The notes under the pieces were generated by a model that did not search any database, had not been told where the DNA came from, and was given only the letters and a program-made list of their open reading frames with translations. Below are positions 10,600 through 23,399 of a stretch of DNA of 61,326 bases, one piece after another. The stretch comes from Psammoneis japonica (Eukaryota): NCBI GenBank assembly GCA_008632985.1, contig QPGO01000209.1, forward strand, positions 62,001 to 123,326, read 5' to 3'. The position numbers and the translations under genes are program-made. Positions within the stretch are counted from its first letter, which is position 1. The number at the start of each line of letters is the position of its first letter.

Positions 10600-12400
10600 T
10601 GCCCTTGTGAGTGCCAGCGCACCTCCACTGATCATCGTGGCCCGAGCGGCATCACACTCTGATGGATCATGGAGTTGGGCACCATTGTCAGCAACAATGA
10701 CTTGTGTGGGAAGTGCCACGGTGGTGGTGGTCAGACTCTTGGCAGCGGCAGAGAGGCCAGCGGCCATGGCAACGTCCTTGGAGGCAAGGTCTGGACGCAA
10801 ACCGCCTTGCTGTTTTGACAGTTGCGCTGACCATGTGGGAACAGGAGCCCCCCTGTGATGGGCAGAAACAATCCTTCCAGACAGAAGGCACTGGGGAAAA
10901 GGAGAGCAGGAGCCCACAACCACACTGCTCAGGGAGAGAAGTTGGCGTGACAACTCACGCTAAAGTGCCAGACACCAAAGCAGCATCAGAGCCGCTGGGG
11001 TGTCTGCTTGAGCTGACATGAGCATGCGGAGTGGCTGGTCATCAGCAGTGGGTGGGTGGGTGTTCCATGGGCAATGGCAACTTTGGCAAGGAGCGCAACA
11101 CACCATGGTCAAATTCCTTGAGGCAAAATGTTGTTGCAAATGATCAAGCAGTGCAGGAAAGCACTGGCATCCCACTCAATGGTGTTGGCATGCTGGGTGC
11201 CACCTGCGAGGATCATGATGTGGTTGCTGCCATCAATGTGGTGCATGTGGCCAGTGCTGCAGGGTGCCAGGTTGCTTGAATGGGTGGTCGGCCCTTGTTG
11301 TTTGTGCTCACATCAATTTTTGACATCAGAGGGTGGACCAGCAAGAACGAACATAAACACAAGTGTGGATCTGCCAGAGGTGGACATGGTGGCAGTCACA
11401 TTCATTTGATGGCTTCTTTGCAGAGCTTGGGGCCTGGGATGTGCTTGGCGAGTGTGCCTTGGCAAACTCAGCAGCTGTTCCTGCAGGTGTGCTGGTGGCA
11501 GATGGACTGGCATCCACAGGTGCTGGGGTCTCAGCAGCAATGCTTTGAAGGAGACAGCATTGGCGTGGTCCCAGCTGTTGCATCTGGTTCTGGTTCTGGG
11601 GTGGAAATGGAGGTGGCTGGCACCAACAGCAACAATGATTGTGTCTTCTCCACTGTTGACAGCTGTGGTCATCACTTTCAGAAAAGTGGCGATTGAGTCA
11701 GATGTTGCTTGTGGATTCCCAGGGTGTGGACTTGGCACTGGCTTGATCCATGATGGGTCCAATGCACTCAAGGTCCATGGCAGTGTGTGCCTGTGGCTTG
11801 ATGATCTTGCCAATGAGTTGACAGCATGAAAATTGCATTGACGTCATTGTGGGTTCCGGGTGGTGCAAAATCATCCAGAATGACCAATGGATCTGGGGTG
11901 GCATCAGAGTGCATGTCATTCAGGTGAGTGTGGACATTGCTGTGATGCTCCGAAGAGGGGGTCTGGCATTGCTGGCATTCTTTTTGTGGCTTGGGTTTGT
12001 TGGCCAACAGGGGGCTGCACCACCACATTCAGCGGAAGTGTTGGTGCAACTTTTGAATGCTGTGTCATCTAAACCCTGGAAGTGAGACAAACAACCTGGT
12101 GCACAGCCTGCACCATTTGTGAAAGAGCTGCCTGCAAAGCAGCTGAACAATTGCCCCCTCAAGTTAGATCAGTGTTTGTGGTGACAGGAGCTTGCAGAAT
12201 GTCAGGGTCAAGAGAGGTCATCCCCATGTTCATCCTGGAATTGCAGTGTTTGTTTTTGAATGCAAAAACTGTTTGCATTCTCACCCCTGGTCAAGCACAA
12301 ATGAGAACATCAGACACTGTGGTCAAAGCACAACAATGACAGCACCATCGACATGAGTCCAAAATGCAGTGGTCTGTCTGCAAGCATTTGATGCATGTGT
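10600..12400 (-). mobile_element. Heavily decayed TE block, possibly Copia-derived
   Basis: Near-total TpA and CpG loss; only faint motif echoes such as DVKN and HP.P.T. Confidence 0.3.
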
Positions 12401-13589
12401 GAATTCAGATGCACCATGGACACAAAACAAACAGGAGTTGTCAGACGGCCCACCTCCATCACAGACTTGTGGCTTGATGTTTTCACCATGGTGAAGCACA
12501 GTGAAATTCAGGAAAAATCATGCAAATCATGAGCTGTTCATCCAAATTCGAGCCAAACAAATGGCAAATGACCCCCCTTAAAACATGATCTGGAATGGTC
12601 AAAAAAGGGGTGTGCTGGGGATGAGCAGTTGTCCAAAAGACTGCAGGTCATCTGAACACCACCATCAAAAAATGGTCTTTGTTCTCTGGAAAACGAACAT
12701 TGCCCACAAAATTTCATTTGTAAAGCAACAAGAGGGCTCGTGGTGATTTTGTTGTGTGAGCTTTGCAACCACAAAGGTTTTTGTGCTCAATGACTGGCAC
12801 AAACTGCTCAGCGAAGTTTGTCACAAACTCTGCAACTTTCCGGGTTTTTCAGGTGAAAATGGTGGCTGTCATCACATGCCATCAGGGCTTGTGTGTGTTG
12901 TGCCCTTCCATGACTGTGACAAAATTTGACAATTTTTGGTCATCAAAAACACATCGTGGTGTCAGAACCAATGTCACCCACACAAAATTGAACAGTGTTC
13001 CAACCTTTCTTGCAACTGCAACAGATGCAAATTTGTTCAGGTCACTTTGTTGAGGATGGGTCATTGTTTGGTGGCATTTTTTCAATGGCTTGTGGTGATT
13101 TTTTTTAATTTCCTTGCACTTTGCCCATGTCATTTTGTTGTGCTTCATCACCCCCAAACACTTGTGTGTGTGTGTCCAGCCCCCACCACCAGGGCTGTTG
13201 GAGCCACACATGAGCTGCACCCACCAGCCTTCAGGCACCAATTGCTGCAGCACTTGGCGCAGTTGTCACATTTGACAAACTGCTGTTTTTCACCAAAATT
13301 GGGCTGTTTGTGACAGACAAGCTGCAGCTTTCCAAGAAAGGCCGACAACAACTGGCATTTGACTGGTCACAAACACATTTGCAGTCATCATTCCAGAGAT
13401 CCCAAACCCCCACATTTGTTGTCCATGCACTCTGTGATGTCTCACAAATGGACAAAGAGCAAGTCCAACCCATTGCTGAATTTTTTTGGCAAATGAGCGC
13501 ACTGTTGGTGCAGCAAATCAAGGTGGTCATTTTTTAAATGTCAGCGAGCTCTGAACAAAATTGACTGCTGAATGACGACCCATCCTCAA

Positions 13590-14088
13590 GGTGGTGTGGG
13601 TGCAAAAGTGGACCAGATTCCATGTGCACAGAAAATTGGTGTGTTTTTCACACAAATTGCCAAAGTCACCTTGCCAACTTGAGCCCTCTCCCAGACAATG
13701 GAAACTTGAACATCTCATGTGACTGGTTGTCCAGACTGATCAGCTGCGCTCCCCTTGACTTGGTCCAGCATTGAGACAAACCACATGTTTTCATGCATTT
13801 GTCATTTGCTGCAGCTCTGCAAAAGTTGGACATTGCAATTTTGGCACCTTTCTGATTGGGCTCAGGGTGTGCCTTCAAAAATGCATGAAAACATGTGGTT
13901 TCTCTCCACTGACAAAAGTTGAGGGGGAGGGGTGCAGCCAGCAGGCAGTCTGGACACTTTGTTGTGTGAAATGTTCAAGTTTCCATCACAGAGGGTTCAA
14001 GTTGGTGAGGTGACTTTGGTGATTTGTGTGGAAAATGTGCCAAGTTCTGTGCATGTAGAATCTGGCCCACTTTTGCACCCGCACCACC
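13590..14088. mobile_element. 499-bp foldback MITE, ~210-bp arms, GGTGG...CCACC termini, TCAA flanks (mutated TTAA)
   Basis: 13590-13801 is an imperfect reverse complement of ~13877-14088; tcaa at 13586-13589 and 14089-14092. Confidence 0.82.
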
Positions 14089-14135
14089 TCAACACCACAT
14101 GCGCACGGCACCACACAGTGTGCACCGTGCCTCTA

Positions 14136-15798
14136 CAAGCAAAAAACCGGTCTGTCCTCCACCTTTTGGCACCTCTGTAAAAGTTGATTTTGTTTCCAAA
14201 ATTGATTGGTTTTTCGCTGCACAATGCTTCTCACATCTTCCAACATTGTCAATTGACATGCTCCCATGCCTGCATTTGCCAGGTTCATGGTTCTGAACAC
14301 CACTGCTGCTGTTGCAAGAAGGGCCTTTTCTTGCTCCAAGAGGACAGACCGGTCGTCAGCAGAATTCCATGTGATGGTGCACCGAGAAATTCACACAGTT
14401 TTTTTTTGCATCCGACATCAAATGCTTTGCCATTGTCTCTTGCAACAGCAGCATGGCAAGTCCACAGTGCACACTCTCATCAAATCATGTGGGCCCATGA
14501 GGTCTCATTTGTTGTTGTTTTGTCTTGTTGCTCACATTGTGCATCCAGGTGTTTGTCACCATTCGCACTGACACAGCACAACTTCTAACTTCTTGTTGCC
14601 ATCAGTGGAGAAATCAACAAAAGGCTGCGGCAACACATGTCATGCTGGAATCCAGTGAATGCATGAGCTGGACATCCTGCTGTGCAAGTTGGCGATGCAA
14701 TGATTCTGTGAAAAAGAAAAAGGCAGGAATGCACGACACACAGGCACATTGTTTGAAATGTGTGGTTTGCTGCTTGTGGGGTTGTGGGGGGTGCCAATGC
14801 ATCTAAAAGTGTTTCTTTGACACACAACATGTCCTCCAAATTCTCTGGGCACTGCCGTGTGATCTTTGCATGGGTTTCCTTTGCAGCTGGGCATTTCATC
14901 AATTTTCTTCCAGTGGAAAAGGCGATGGATTTGCTGGCATGCTCAATGCCGCCGTCTTCAAATGACAAGTTCATTTGAAAAGCCTTGCACGCCAGACACA
15001 CCGGTGTCTTTGTCTCACATGTGTCAGGTTGCACTGCTTTTAGGACACGCTCCTGGACAAATGTGAGCTCCCAAAGATGAGGGCTCACCTGGGTCTTGAC
15101 GTCAAAGAAAAATTCGGGTGGGGGTGACACGGACTCCGATCGCGGCAGCATTGATGTCATTGTTTCGCAAGAGACTGGGAAGGGTGGAATTGCACCCAAA
15201 AATTGCATTGACAGCAACATCAAGACCTGCCTCCTGTCTCTCGTTTTGCCTCCACGATGTTGACAACCATCGTTGTGGTTTCTTTCCAAGCTTGCTTGGC
15301 AGCCAGATCACAGGTCGCGCTGCTTCTGTTTTGGTCACAGTCTTTCATTGATGCAATGATCAAAGAGGATGCACCATGGTGGGCTGGATGTGGCAGTTGC
15401 ATTGACACAACAAACAACGAGGACACACCATGCGTGGGGCTTGATGTGCAGTGGTTGCAGCGAGCAAGAGGGTTTGTCGGCTTGTCAGAGGGGCAGCACA
15501 ATTTTGAATTTGAAATGGACAAAGTTAAAAACATGTGACAATGCAGACAATTGATGATCAAAAATCTGTGTGAATTCTCAAACCATGGATTTTTTTTAGA
15601 AAATGACGATGCGCCGTCTTTGGCCCCCAACTGTGCCGTGATGCAATGCTCTTTTATCCCGCTGTTTCCACAAGGATCTCTGTTGACCTTCTGACCGATG
15701 CCAGCAGATGGGGTTTGCATGTGAAACAATGGGAAGCCACTGTTAGAGTGGTTTTGCACAGTTTGCTCTTGCAAGAGGACAGACCGGTTTTTTGCTTG
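14136..15798. mobile_element. 1.66-kb TIR element with TA TSD (Tc1/mariner-like), degenerate interior
   Basis: Perfect 24-bp TIR caagcaaaaaaccggtctgtcctc; ta at 14134-14135 and 15799-15800; internal minus ORF 14585-15289 not recognisable. Confidence 0.75.
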
Positions 15799-16843
15799 TA
15801 CCGGCAGCACGTAGAGAGTCTGCTGCACGACATTCATGCAGCGCACCGAGCGACGACGTACGTGCGCGACGGCAATCAAACGAACTGGCTGCATGCAGTG
15901 CCCAACTGACACACAGACATTGCAACGGACTGCAGCACACAAAACCATTTCGAGTCAACAACACACTCAACACACTAAAATCAGCAGGGAAGCCTGCGGC
16001 AGCTCTGGGGTTTTCGATCGTAGGGAATTCCTTGTTTGACCCTGAATTTCCTTGGATGAGGAAAGACAAGGAAACCAGATGAGGAAAAATTGATTGTCTT
16101 GATTTGCTGCGTAGTGACAACTAAAACATGATCCTTTCATCTGCTGCTAGCGGTCGACAACTTGTCTAGAGCCTGTAGCTACTAACACACTTCAACATGC
16201 TACATTCAACGAGTGAGGTGGACGCCGTTGGGCACCACATTCTTGAGGACAAAGAGACAAGATGCTCCCATGTTCTCTTCCAGCATGTTGTCTCCAATCG
16301 AGTCCACAACTAGCTCAAGTTGGGAGAAGAGACATTGAACAGTTGCACTTGTCAACAAGGAGCTTCTTGAGCTTTCTCTGGCTACCCGTATTGTCCATCG
16401 TCGACAATGGCCATCACGACGAGTTGGGTTCCGTGTCGTGACGTGATGCTGCTGTACGTATGTCGCTGGATGGTCGCGCGCCAAATGCACGCGCAGAGGG
16501 ACAGCTGACGTCATATTCTCCGTAGAACTCTACTTAAATCTTAGTACAAAGATTTTTCCTTATCTTCTTCCTTATCTTGGGCTGACCACTTCCTTACGAT
16601 CGAAAACCCTAGAGGCAGCTCATAAAAAGCACCGCGTCTTCGTCTTGTTTGACCTTGCAGAAGTGTCTTCGAGCGAATGAATCGCGAACCCGAACCGCTT
16701 TTCCACTCTTCTTTTCATGGTGAAATGGCATCTTTTAAGTGAGAAAGAGCGAGAAAGACCGATAAATGACTGAGAGGGTTTCGAAATGTGTCATGAAACC
16801 AATGAGAACAGCGAGAAACGCGTCCAAACATCTGTCTTGATGA

Positions 16844-17071
16844 ACCGACCACCGCCTGTCAATTATTGATGTAGGACAACATTATTTATTGTTGGCACTG
16901 ATAATTGTTCGCGAACATTTATGCTTTGGTGACCGAGATGCCCAAGAACTCAATCGCGGAATTGGTGACCGACCACTGCCTGTCAACAAAATGTTGACCA
17001 ACATTTATTGTTCGCACTGATAATTGTTCGCCAACATTTATGGTTGGGTGACCGAGATACCCAAGAACTCA
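16844..17071. repeat. Imperfect ~120-bp tandem duplication upstream of the LVIVD gene
   Basis: accgaccac.gcctgtcaa...atttattgtt.gcactgataattgttcgc.aacatttatg...ggtgaccgagat.cccaagaactca occurs twice. Confidence 0.85.
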
Positions 17072-17163
17072 TAGTCGATTGGTATCCTATAAATGTTAGG
17101 TTGCGAAAGTCATCCACTGATTCCATAAAAGAAACGAAATGAACAAGCAGCAAAAGTGAAACA

Positions 17164-19346
17164 ATGAAAGTTTGTAAGCAAAACTGGTTTTGCGGCTGGA
17201 TCCTTGCGGTTGCAGTCCTCCCTCGAGCCTGTGATATGGTTGAGGTTCTTGCTGAGACGGGGACATGGAACGATGAGGTAAGTTCCTATAAACACGTCTT
17301 TATCGACCGCATGTTCAATGTACAAGGAACAAAAAGTTTTGGCGTTTAAGCTGATCTTGTCCCGGCTTCTGTAATCTCGTAGGCTACGCCGCAAGAAGAA
17401 ATTGATTCCAATTCACGGCGGCTTCAACCTGCATCAGATGGGGTCCAGGGAGGCGCCGCATTTGGACCAGATGATACCAACGAACCCCAGAAAAGGCTGC
17501 TCGCTACTGGGCACTTCCATCTACGAGCAAGCGGTTCTAATCCAAGGAGCCTTCAACCTGTGTCAGACCGGGTACAAGGAGGCGCGTTTGGAGCAAATGT
17601 AACCAGCGATCCCGAGAAAAAGCCGCTTTTTACTGTAAGTTTTCACCCACGAGCATTGTACAGCAGTCACGTTCAATTCATTATCGACTTACCGGTTGTC
17701 GCTTTGACTGCCAGCATGTAGTTCCGTACGAAGAAGCAGACGCCAAGGAGGAACAGGACCCTTCAATCGTAGCACGACGTACTGCTCCGGAAATTTATCC
17801 TCAGTCCGGGACGCAGTTGCCTAACCTGGTTTGGAGCCCACCCTACAGAGTGAAAATTCATGTGGAAGGAACCTACGCGTATCTCGGCTTGGATCAATCC
17901 AATAAAGTGTTGATCTACGACGTTTTGGATCCGAGAGCGCCCGAATATGTTCAGTCAGTTGACACGTGCTTTGGGCGCGACATTCGTGATCTGTGGGTTT
18001 CTGGCAATCACTTGTGGGCAGCACACCGTTCCGGTGGACTCACAATGATTGACATCTCGGATCCCAGAAAGCCCGTGATCCCACCAAAATGCTTTCCTGA
18101 AACATACTGCCACAAGTGTCTGATCTCGGAGGGAAATTACCTCTTTTACGCTGGACATCACCTCTCAATCTATGAGATAACGGGTGATTCTCTGCGTCTG
18201 ACTTCACGTAGCGCTCGCATTCCCGGGGGCGGTCGGGAGGTGGTTGTTAACGGAAACTATGCATACGTGGTCAGCGACAATGCTGTTAATGCTCCCGTCA
18301 ACATATACGATGTATCAAACAAGAGGACAGCGCCTTCTCTGGTCAGATCTTTCAGACCACCTGCAGGAAAATTTCCCCCATATCAAATGATTGTCTCCCG
18401 TGATCGAAAGAGACTTTATGCAACAGCAAGAAATGCCAGTGGTTTTGGCGAAGGATTCTATATCTTCGACATTGACGGTGCAAAGGCCGTCAATCCTCAA
18501 CTCCTTGGCAGTGTCACGAACCACCCGCGTGCGTTTCATATTGCACTTGATGACGATAACAGTTATCTCTACGTCAAGGAACACTGGGGGGTGGCATCTT
18601 TCTCCGTCTACGACGTGAAAAATGCCACCTCGCCGAGAGTGAGGGATCGCGTACACCCGAACCCCTACAAGCCAGTTGTCTCCCACAAGGGGTTCCAAGA
18701 TGGCGGCTTGTGGTACTCAAACGAACATTTATACACTGTCGAGGGAAATTATCTAATCATTTACAATGCTCACATCCGTTACCGCTTCTGGTGCAAAGGA
18801 CATTTCTTGAATCTTGATCGCGTTACCAAGAAGCCACGGAAAGGGTCTTGTTATGCGTACGACACGCTGTACCAGGATGTGTGCCCGCCAGTCAACACGA
18901 GGGTTGCCAACCCTCAATATTCTCTTCCTGGTGGCAACAGCCCCGACTGTCCTTTGCTTTGCTGCGGAAGTGGGGGCGCGGGTGGGACTTGTCCCTTCTC
19001 GCCGGACAATAGCTGGCGGAAGCCGTTCCCAACAGTGATCGTTCCGGCATGCGACGGCAAGGAAATTCCTGATGAATGTGAGGTTGTGTTAAAGACGAAT
19101 GAAGCTGGCCAGCCTTACAAGACATGTTCTGTTCGGGAAGGCAACTGGATCTTTCCATCTATCTCGTGTTGGACTGGCAACGACTTGACGAGTGAGGTTC
19201 TCCTGGGACGGAATACAAGGGTTACTTTGTGCCGCCATGCTGGCGAATGCGCGTATGGCGGTGAAATTTACTCGCGAGGGAGACTCTCTCCCCCCATGTC
19301 CATTCGATTCCCTGGTCTCTCTGAGCTACGCGTTCAATGTCTATAA
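17164..19346 (+). CDS. Secreted LVIVD-repeat (beta-propeller) protein with Cys-rich C-terminus; join(17164..17277,17383..17634,17715..19346), 665 aa
   Basis: Hydrophobic N-terminus; two phase-0 GT-AG introns join cleanly onto ORF 17817-19346; repeats VEGTYAYL..VLIYDVLDPRAP, VSGNHLWAA..LTMIDISDPRKP, VNGNYAYV..IYDVSN, FYIFDIDG..NPQLLG, VYDVKNATSP. Confidence 0.85.
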
Positions 19347-20059
19347 TGCCGGTACGTAATGCGACTTTATCGGTTTCGGGGGGGCAACAACCGTTTCCTC
19401 CCTAACATATTTTTCGGATCCAATGAAAATATAAATCTAAAATCGCTCAAGAACATTATGTTTTTATGTGCGCAACAAGTCTCCTATTAGTCCGTCTCTT
19501 CAATAACTGTGTCTATGAGCTGTCATGTGCATTGTTGTTGTCTCTTGCCACTCTAGCTAGAGAGCAGCTCCTTATGGAGTCGAACAGATGTTGTTTCTTC
19601 TCTTGAGGATGGATCATCGGGATGAGGACGGACAGTTGCGGACCCACACTTCCACCCCGCGTGAAAGATCTGCGTGAAAGTTGCGCCATCGTTTGGTCTT
19701 GGTGCCATCACAAATGAATGCTGCTGCTGTGACAGCTGAGAATTGGACAACAGACAAACAAAGTGTTGAACAGCATCAACAGGCTATGGAATTGTGTGTC
19801 AGGCATGCTGCTGGGGCCACTGTGTCAGCAACAGTGGACCAATTGCTGACAGCAGACAATTGCTCACCTTTGTGACAGTGTGTCAGCATTCACTCAGTCC
19901 CTTCCAACTGACACCAGCTCTGCTCGGGTCACCAGATCAACAGACAAATGCAACCTGATGCCACCCTGTTCAAGAACAATTTCTAATTTGGGGATGGAAA
20001 AAGCCACATCCAGGCAGCAAACCCATTTGGTGTGTCCCCCATTGGGGCTCTCCATGAGA

Positions 20060-22800
20060 TGTGACCAATGATCTCCCAGAGCTTTGGTCCAGGTGACAAC
20101 TTGGTCAGCACATCTGCCAGATTCATGTGCCTGTTTTCCCAAACAATGTGTGCAATTCCTGCAGCTTGCACTTTGTGGGTCTTGTGATGTGGGGCTGCAT
20201 TGTTCTTCTTTTTAAAACAGACTCCACTCCAGTTGAGTTCTTGAGGACAGCTTCATTGTCACAAAAGACATCAGTGGGCCCATCCAGGGAGATTCCCAGC
20301 ATCCAAAGCATGCAGCAACAAAAGGCCAATCTGCTCCACCGCAGTTTTCATCACCACCAACTCCAACCCAAAAGCACACGACTGTGCATCATTCTGCCAT
20401 TCAGAGCAGCACAAGATGGGTGCTTGCTGGATGAACATCAGGACCCCAGTGTGGAGCCTGCACATCACATGGCATCTGGTGTGATCAGCATTGACAAAGC
20501 AAAGAATTCAGATCTGTGACAGAAAAAGCAATCCTTGTGCTGCAGTGTGATGCCACACTGGAGTGCATCAACTCGGATCAGTCTGAAACCTTGCTTTCTG
20601 TACAACCTGTGGGTCTCAAGCTGTGGTTGTCATCCCAGGCACAGGCCATCTGGTCTCAGTCATTGTGTGGCCATTGTCAGCCTTTGCAGCATGAGCACCA
20701 CCACTTTGATGATCAACTGTCTCTCTCACAATCTGGCGCGCATTGCCTTCAGAACCAATCTGTGCAAAATGATTCTCTGCAATTGTGTTGGCAATGCAGC
20801 AACCCATGGATCCATCTGGAAACTCCACATCATGTGTCCCAGAGCCTGGGGCTGTGTTGTCATTCCTTGTGCAATGACTCTGGCATGAGTCAGCAGCTTG
20901 CCTCCTTGCAGTGACATGACCTGAGCAGCAAGGCACTCATCCAGCCCCTTGGGGCACACTTGTCAGCTTCCTTGCAAGCAGAGTCTGGTTCCACAGGCTC
21001 CAGGTTGTCATCCCAACTGCTGTCCATTTGGTCATCAGGAGCATTGGGAAAGTCAACCTTTGTGTTCCCACTGTGGTCACCCAGTTTTTTTGTCAAAGCC
21101 TGATCAACAGAGACCAAGTCAGCTTCAACAGCCAGAGTCTTGAGGTCATCATCCAGCATTGCCTGTGCATCCTCCCAAGTGGCAGGCCTGCCAGATTTAA
21201 GCAGCATGACAAATGCCATTTCATCCATGCAATTGTTGGCAACTCTGAGCCAACAACTGATGCACTTCCTCTCATGTGGGAACTCATCCACAGGCATGCA
21301 TTGGTGCACAGGTTGGCACCAATCAAAGAGGGAGAGAGATGAGACATCAGGTGTGGAGCCTGAGATCTCCTCCAAGTTGTTCATCAAAGTGGAGTTGGGC
21401 TTACAAGCTGATGTGCAATGGAGCAATGAGCATCTTTTGGGAATTGTCTGGACAAATGTGCAGTGCCAGCAGGTGCAGAGACATTCAACCCCACGCCATT
21501 TGGTGCTGGCAAAACTGTTTGTTCCTCCTTGGAGGGTTTCTCATTGGTGCCATGTCCAAATTGCTTGTCTGCATCAGCAGCAGGCTTTTCACCTGCAACT
21601 CATCAGAGTTTTTGGGTGCATCATCTGCCTTGGGATCAGCGATGGCTGTTTTCTTAACAGAGTGGGCCTCCTGCTCCTTTTCTTCTTCTGAAGAAATGGA
21701 GCTGGCTTTGCGCCAGCATTTGGCCTTGCACCAATGCATCATGAAGCTTGTTGACCTCTTTTTGGCCTTCTTTGCCCAAGGCTTTCCATTCATCAGCAGG
21801 ACAATGGCCAACCCTGATCCTGGGCTTGACCTTCTTTGCACCATGTTTGCCACCCTGCTTTGTGCATTGGCTCTGTTCTTCCACTGACCAACACAGGGCA
21901 ATGGTGTGGGTGTTGGTGCTGTGGTTTTTGGCAATGTCTGCCAGACTTTTGATGTGCTGTTTGCAAAGCTTGAAATCCACGACCTTGTTGGGATCTCCAT
22001 TCAGCACAATGACACTCTTTCCAGTCTCCAATCTTGGGTCAGAGATGCCCTTCAGGAAGTCAGAGACCTTCTTGGTCTTGGCTGTCTGCTTGCTCACAAG
22101 CCTTCTGATGGTGCTGGATGCACTGGCCAACAGTGAAGCAACCCCATCTGGAGGCTTTGCAGCAGCAATCTGTGCACGCATGTGCTTCTTGTGGGTTGTG
22201 ACAGCAGCCAACCCATCTGTCTGCCTCTTCAAGGCAAAGAATGCACTGCAACCATCATTTTTGTGGTTCAAGGGCTTGACAAATGCCCACCCAGGCCCAC
22301 CCATCACAAGTTTCTTGAGCACATCATAGAGCCAGCATTTGCTGACCCACAAATGCTGAGCCCTGGCCAGTTGGGCTGCGGCATTGAGGTCTTTGTTGAT
22401 GATGGCACAGCCTGCACTCAACATTTCCACAGTTGCTGCCTCATGCTCTGTGCTCCCTGGCAAGGTGGGTTGGTGCCCCACACCCCACAATGGGGCACTG
22501 TGATGATGGCGCAGCTTGGTCTCAAGCAGCTCTTGAAAGGCAGGCCAATCACAAAGGTGCTTGCCTCAACAGCAGTGCTTGTGTCATCATCATCCTCATC
22601 TGCCAACTTGAGTTGTTTGGTTTGATGAGGCATGGCTGCCATCCACTTGGTGATGACATCCCCAGTAAAAGTGGCAGGTGCAGGGCTTGATTTCAAGCCT
22701 TCTTGTGGTCCACCCTTGCACACAAAGCCTTTTTTCAGTTTGCAAGATGTAGAAACTGCACCTGAGGGTTGACAGCCAGATCTGCTGCCTTTGTCACACC
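20060..22800 (-). mobile_element. Old Ty1/Copia (CoDi-type) remnant with internal deletions
   Basis: Gag-like GGPGWAFVK..DG..AF.ALK and FLKGISDPRLETGK; DVEFPDGS..ANTIAEN.FAQ; RNase H GPTDVFCDNEAV.KN and NLADVLTK. Confidence 0.8.
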
Positions 22801-23399
22801 CTTCAGCATGTCACTGATCTCCATCAGTGGGGCTGTTCCAGGTCATCCATGGCAGCAAAACCTTGACAAGTGATGTGCTGCCTCATCTGGTTGTTGCATC
22901 CACAGCACGTTAGAGTGGCTGCAAAGGCTGCAGCAGTGGCCATGGTGGTGCATCAAAATGAAGTTTTTGCATTTTGACACATGAGTTTCCACTTGTGCAA
23001 GTGGGAAATTGTGAGGTGTGCAGCTTGCTTCAGCAAACACCACTGGCCAACTGGCAAGCATGCCAGGTCACCATTTGGTGTGATTGTTTGCACACCAATT
23101 GATGCAAAGCTGATGATCAAGTGTCCAGACATGCATCTCTGTGTGATGTGATCATGAATTGATGGCGTTTGTCACTGTGCTGTTCCACAAATGTTCACAT
23201 GCATTGGCTGACACATTCCATTCATGTGATCAAACACTTTGCACTCCAAAGACACATCTGTCTTGTTGGAAGGGGAGCATTCATGACACAAAGAGACCCA
23301 CTTGGTCATGTCTTCTGCTGCTTTCCCATGAGGTTTGGAATGGTTGCACTTGCAGGTGGTGACACAGTGGCCTTTTGTGTGGCATTTGCCAAACAGTTG

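Noticed and set aside
10200..15950. Classical RIP or CpG decay as the sole explanation
   Set aside because: C>T processes do not remove TA; Tyr>His/Cys needs T>C or A>G. CpG decay is present only as an additional layer.
16206..16514. 102-aa minus-strand ORF in unmutated sequence
   Set aside because: No recognisable motif or splice support; left uncalled.
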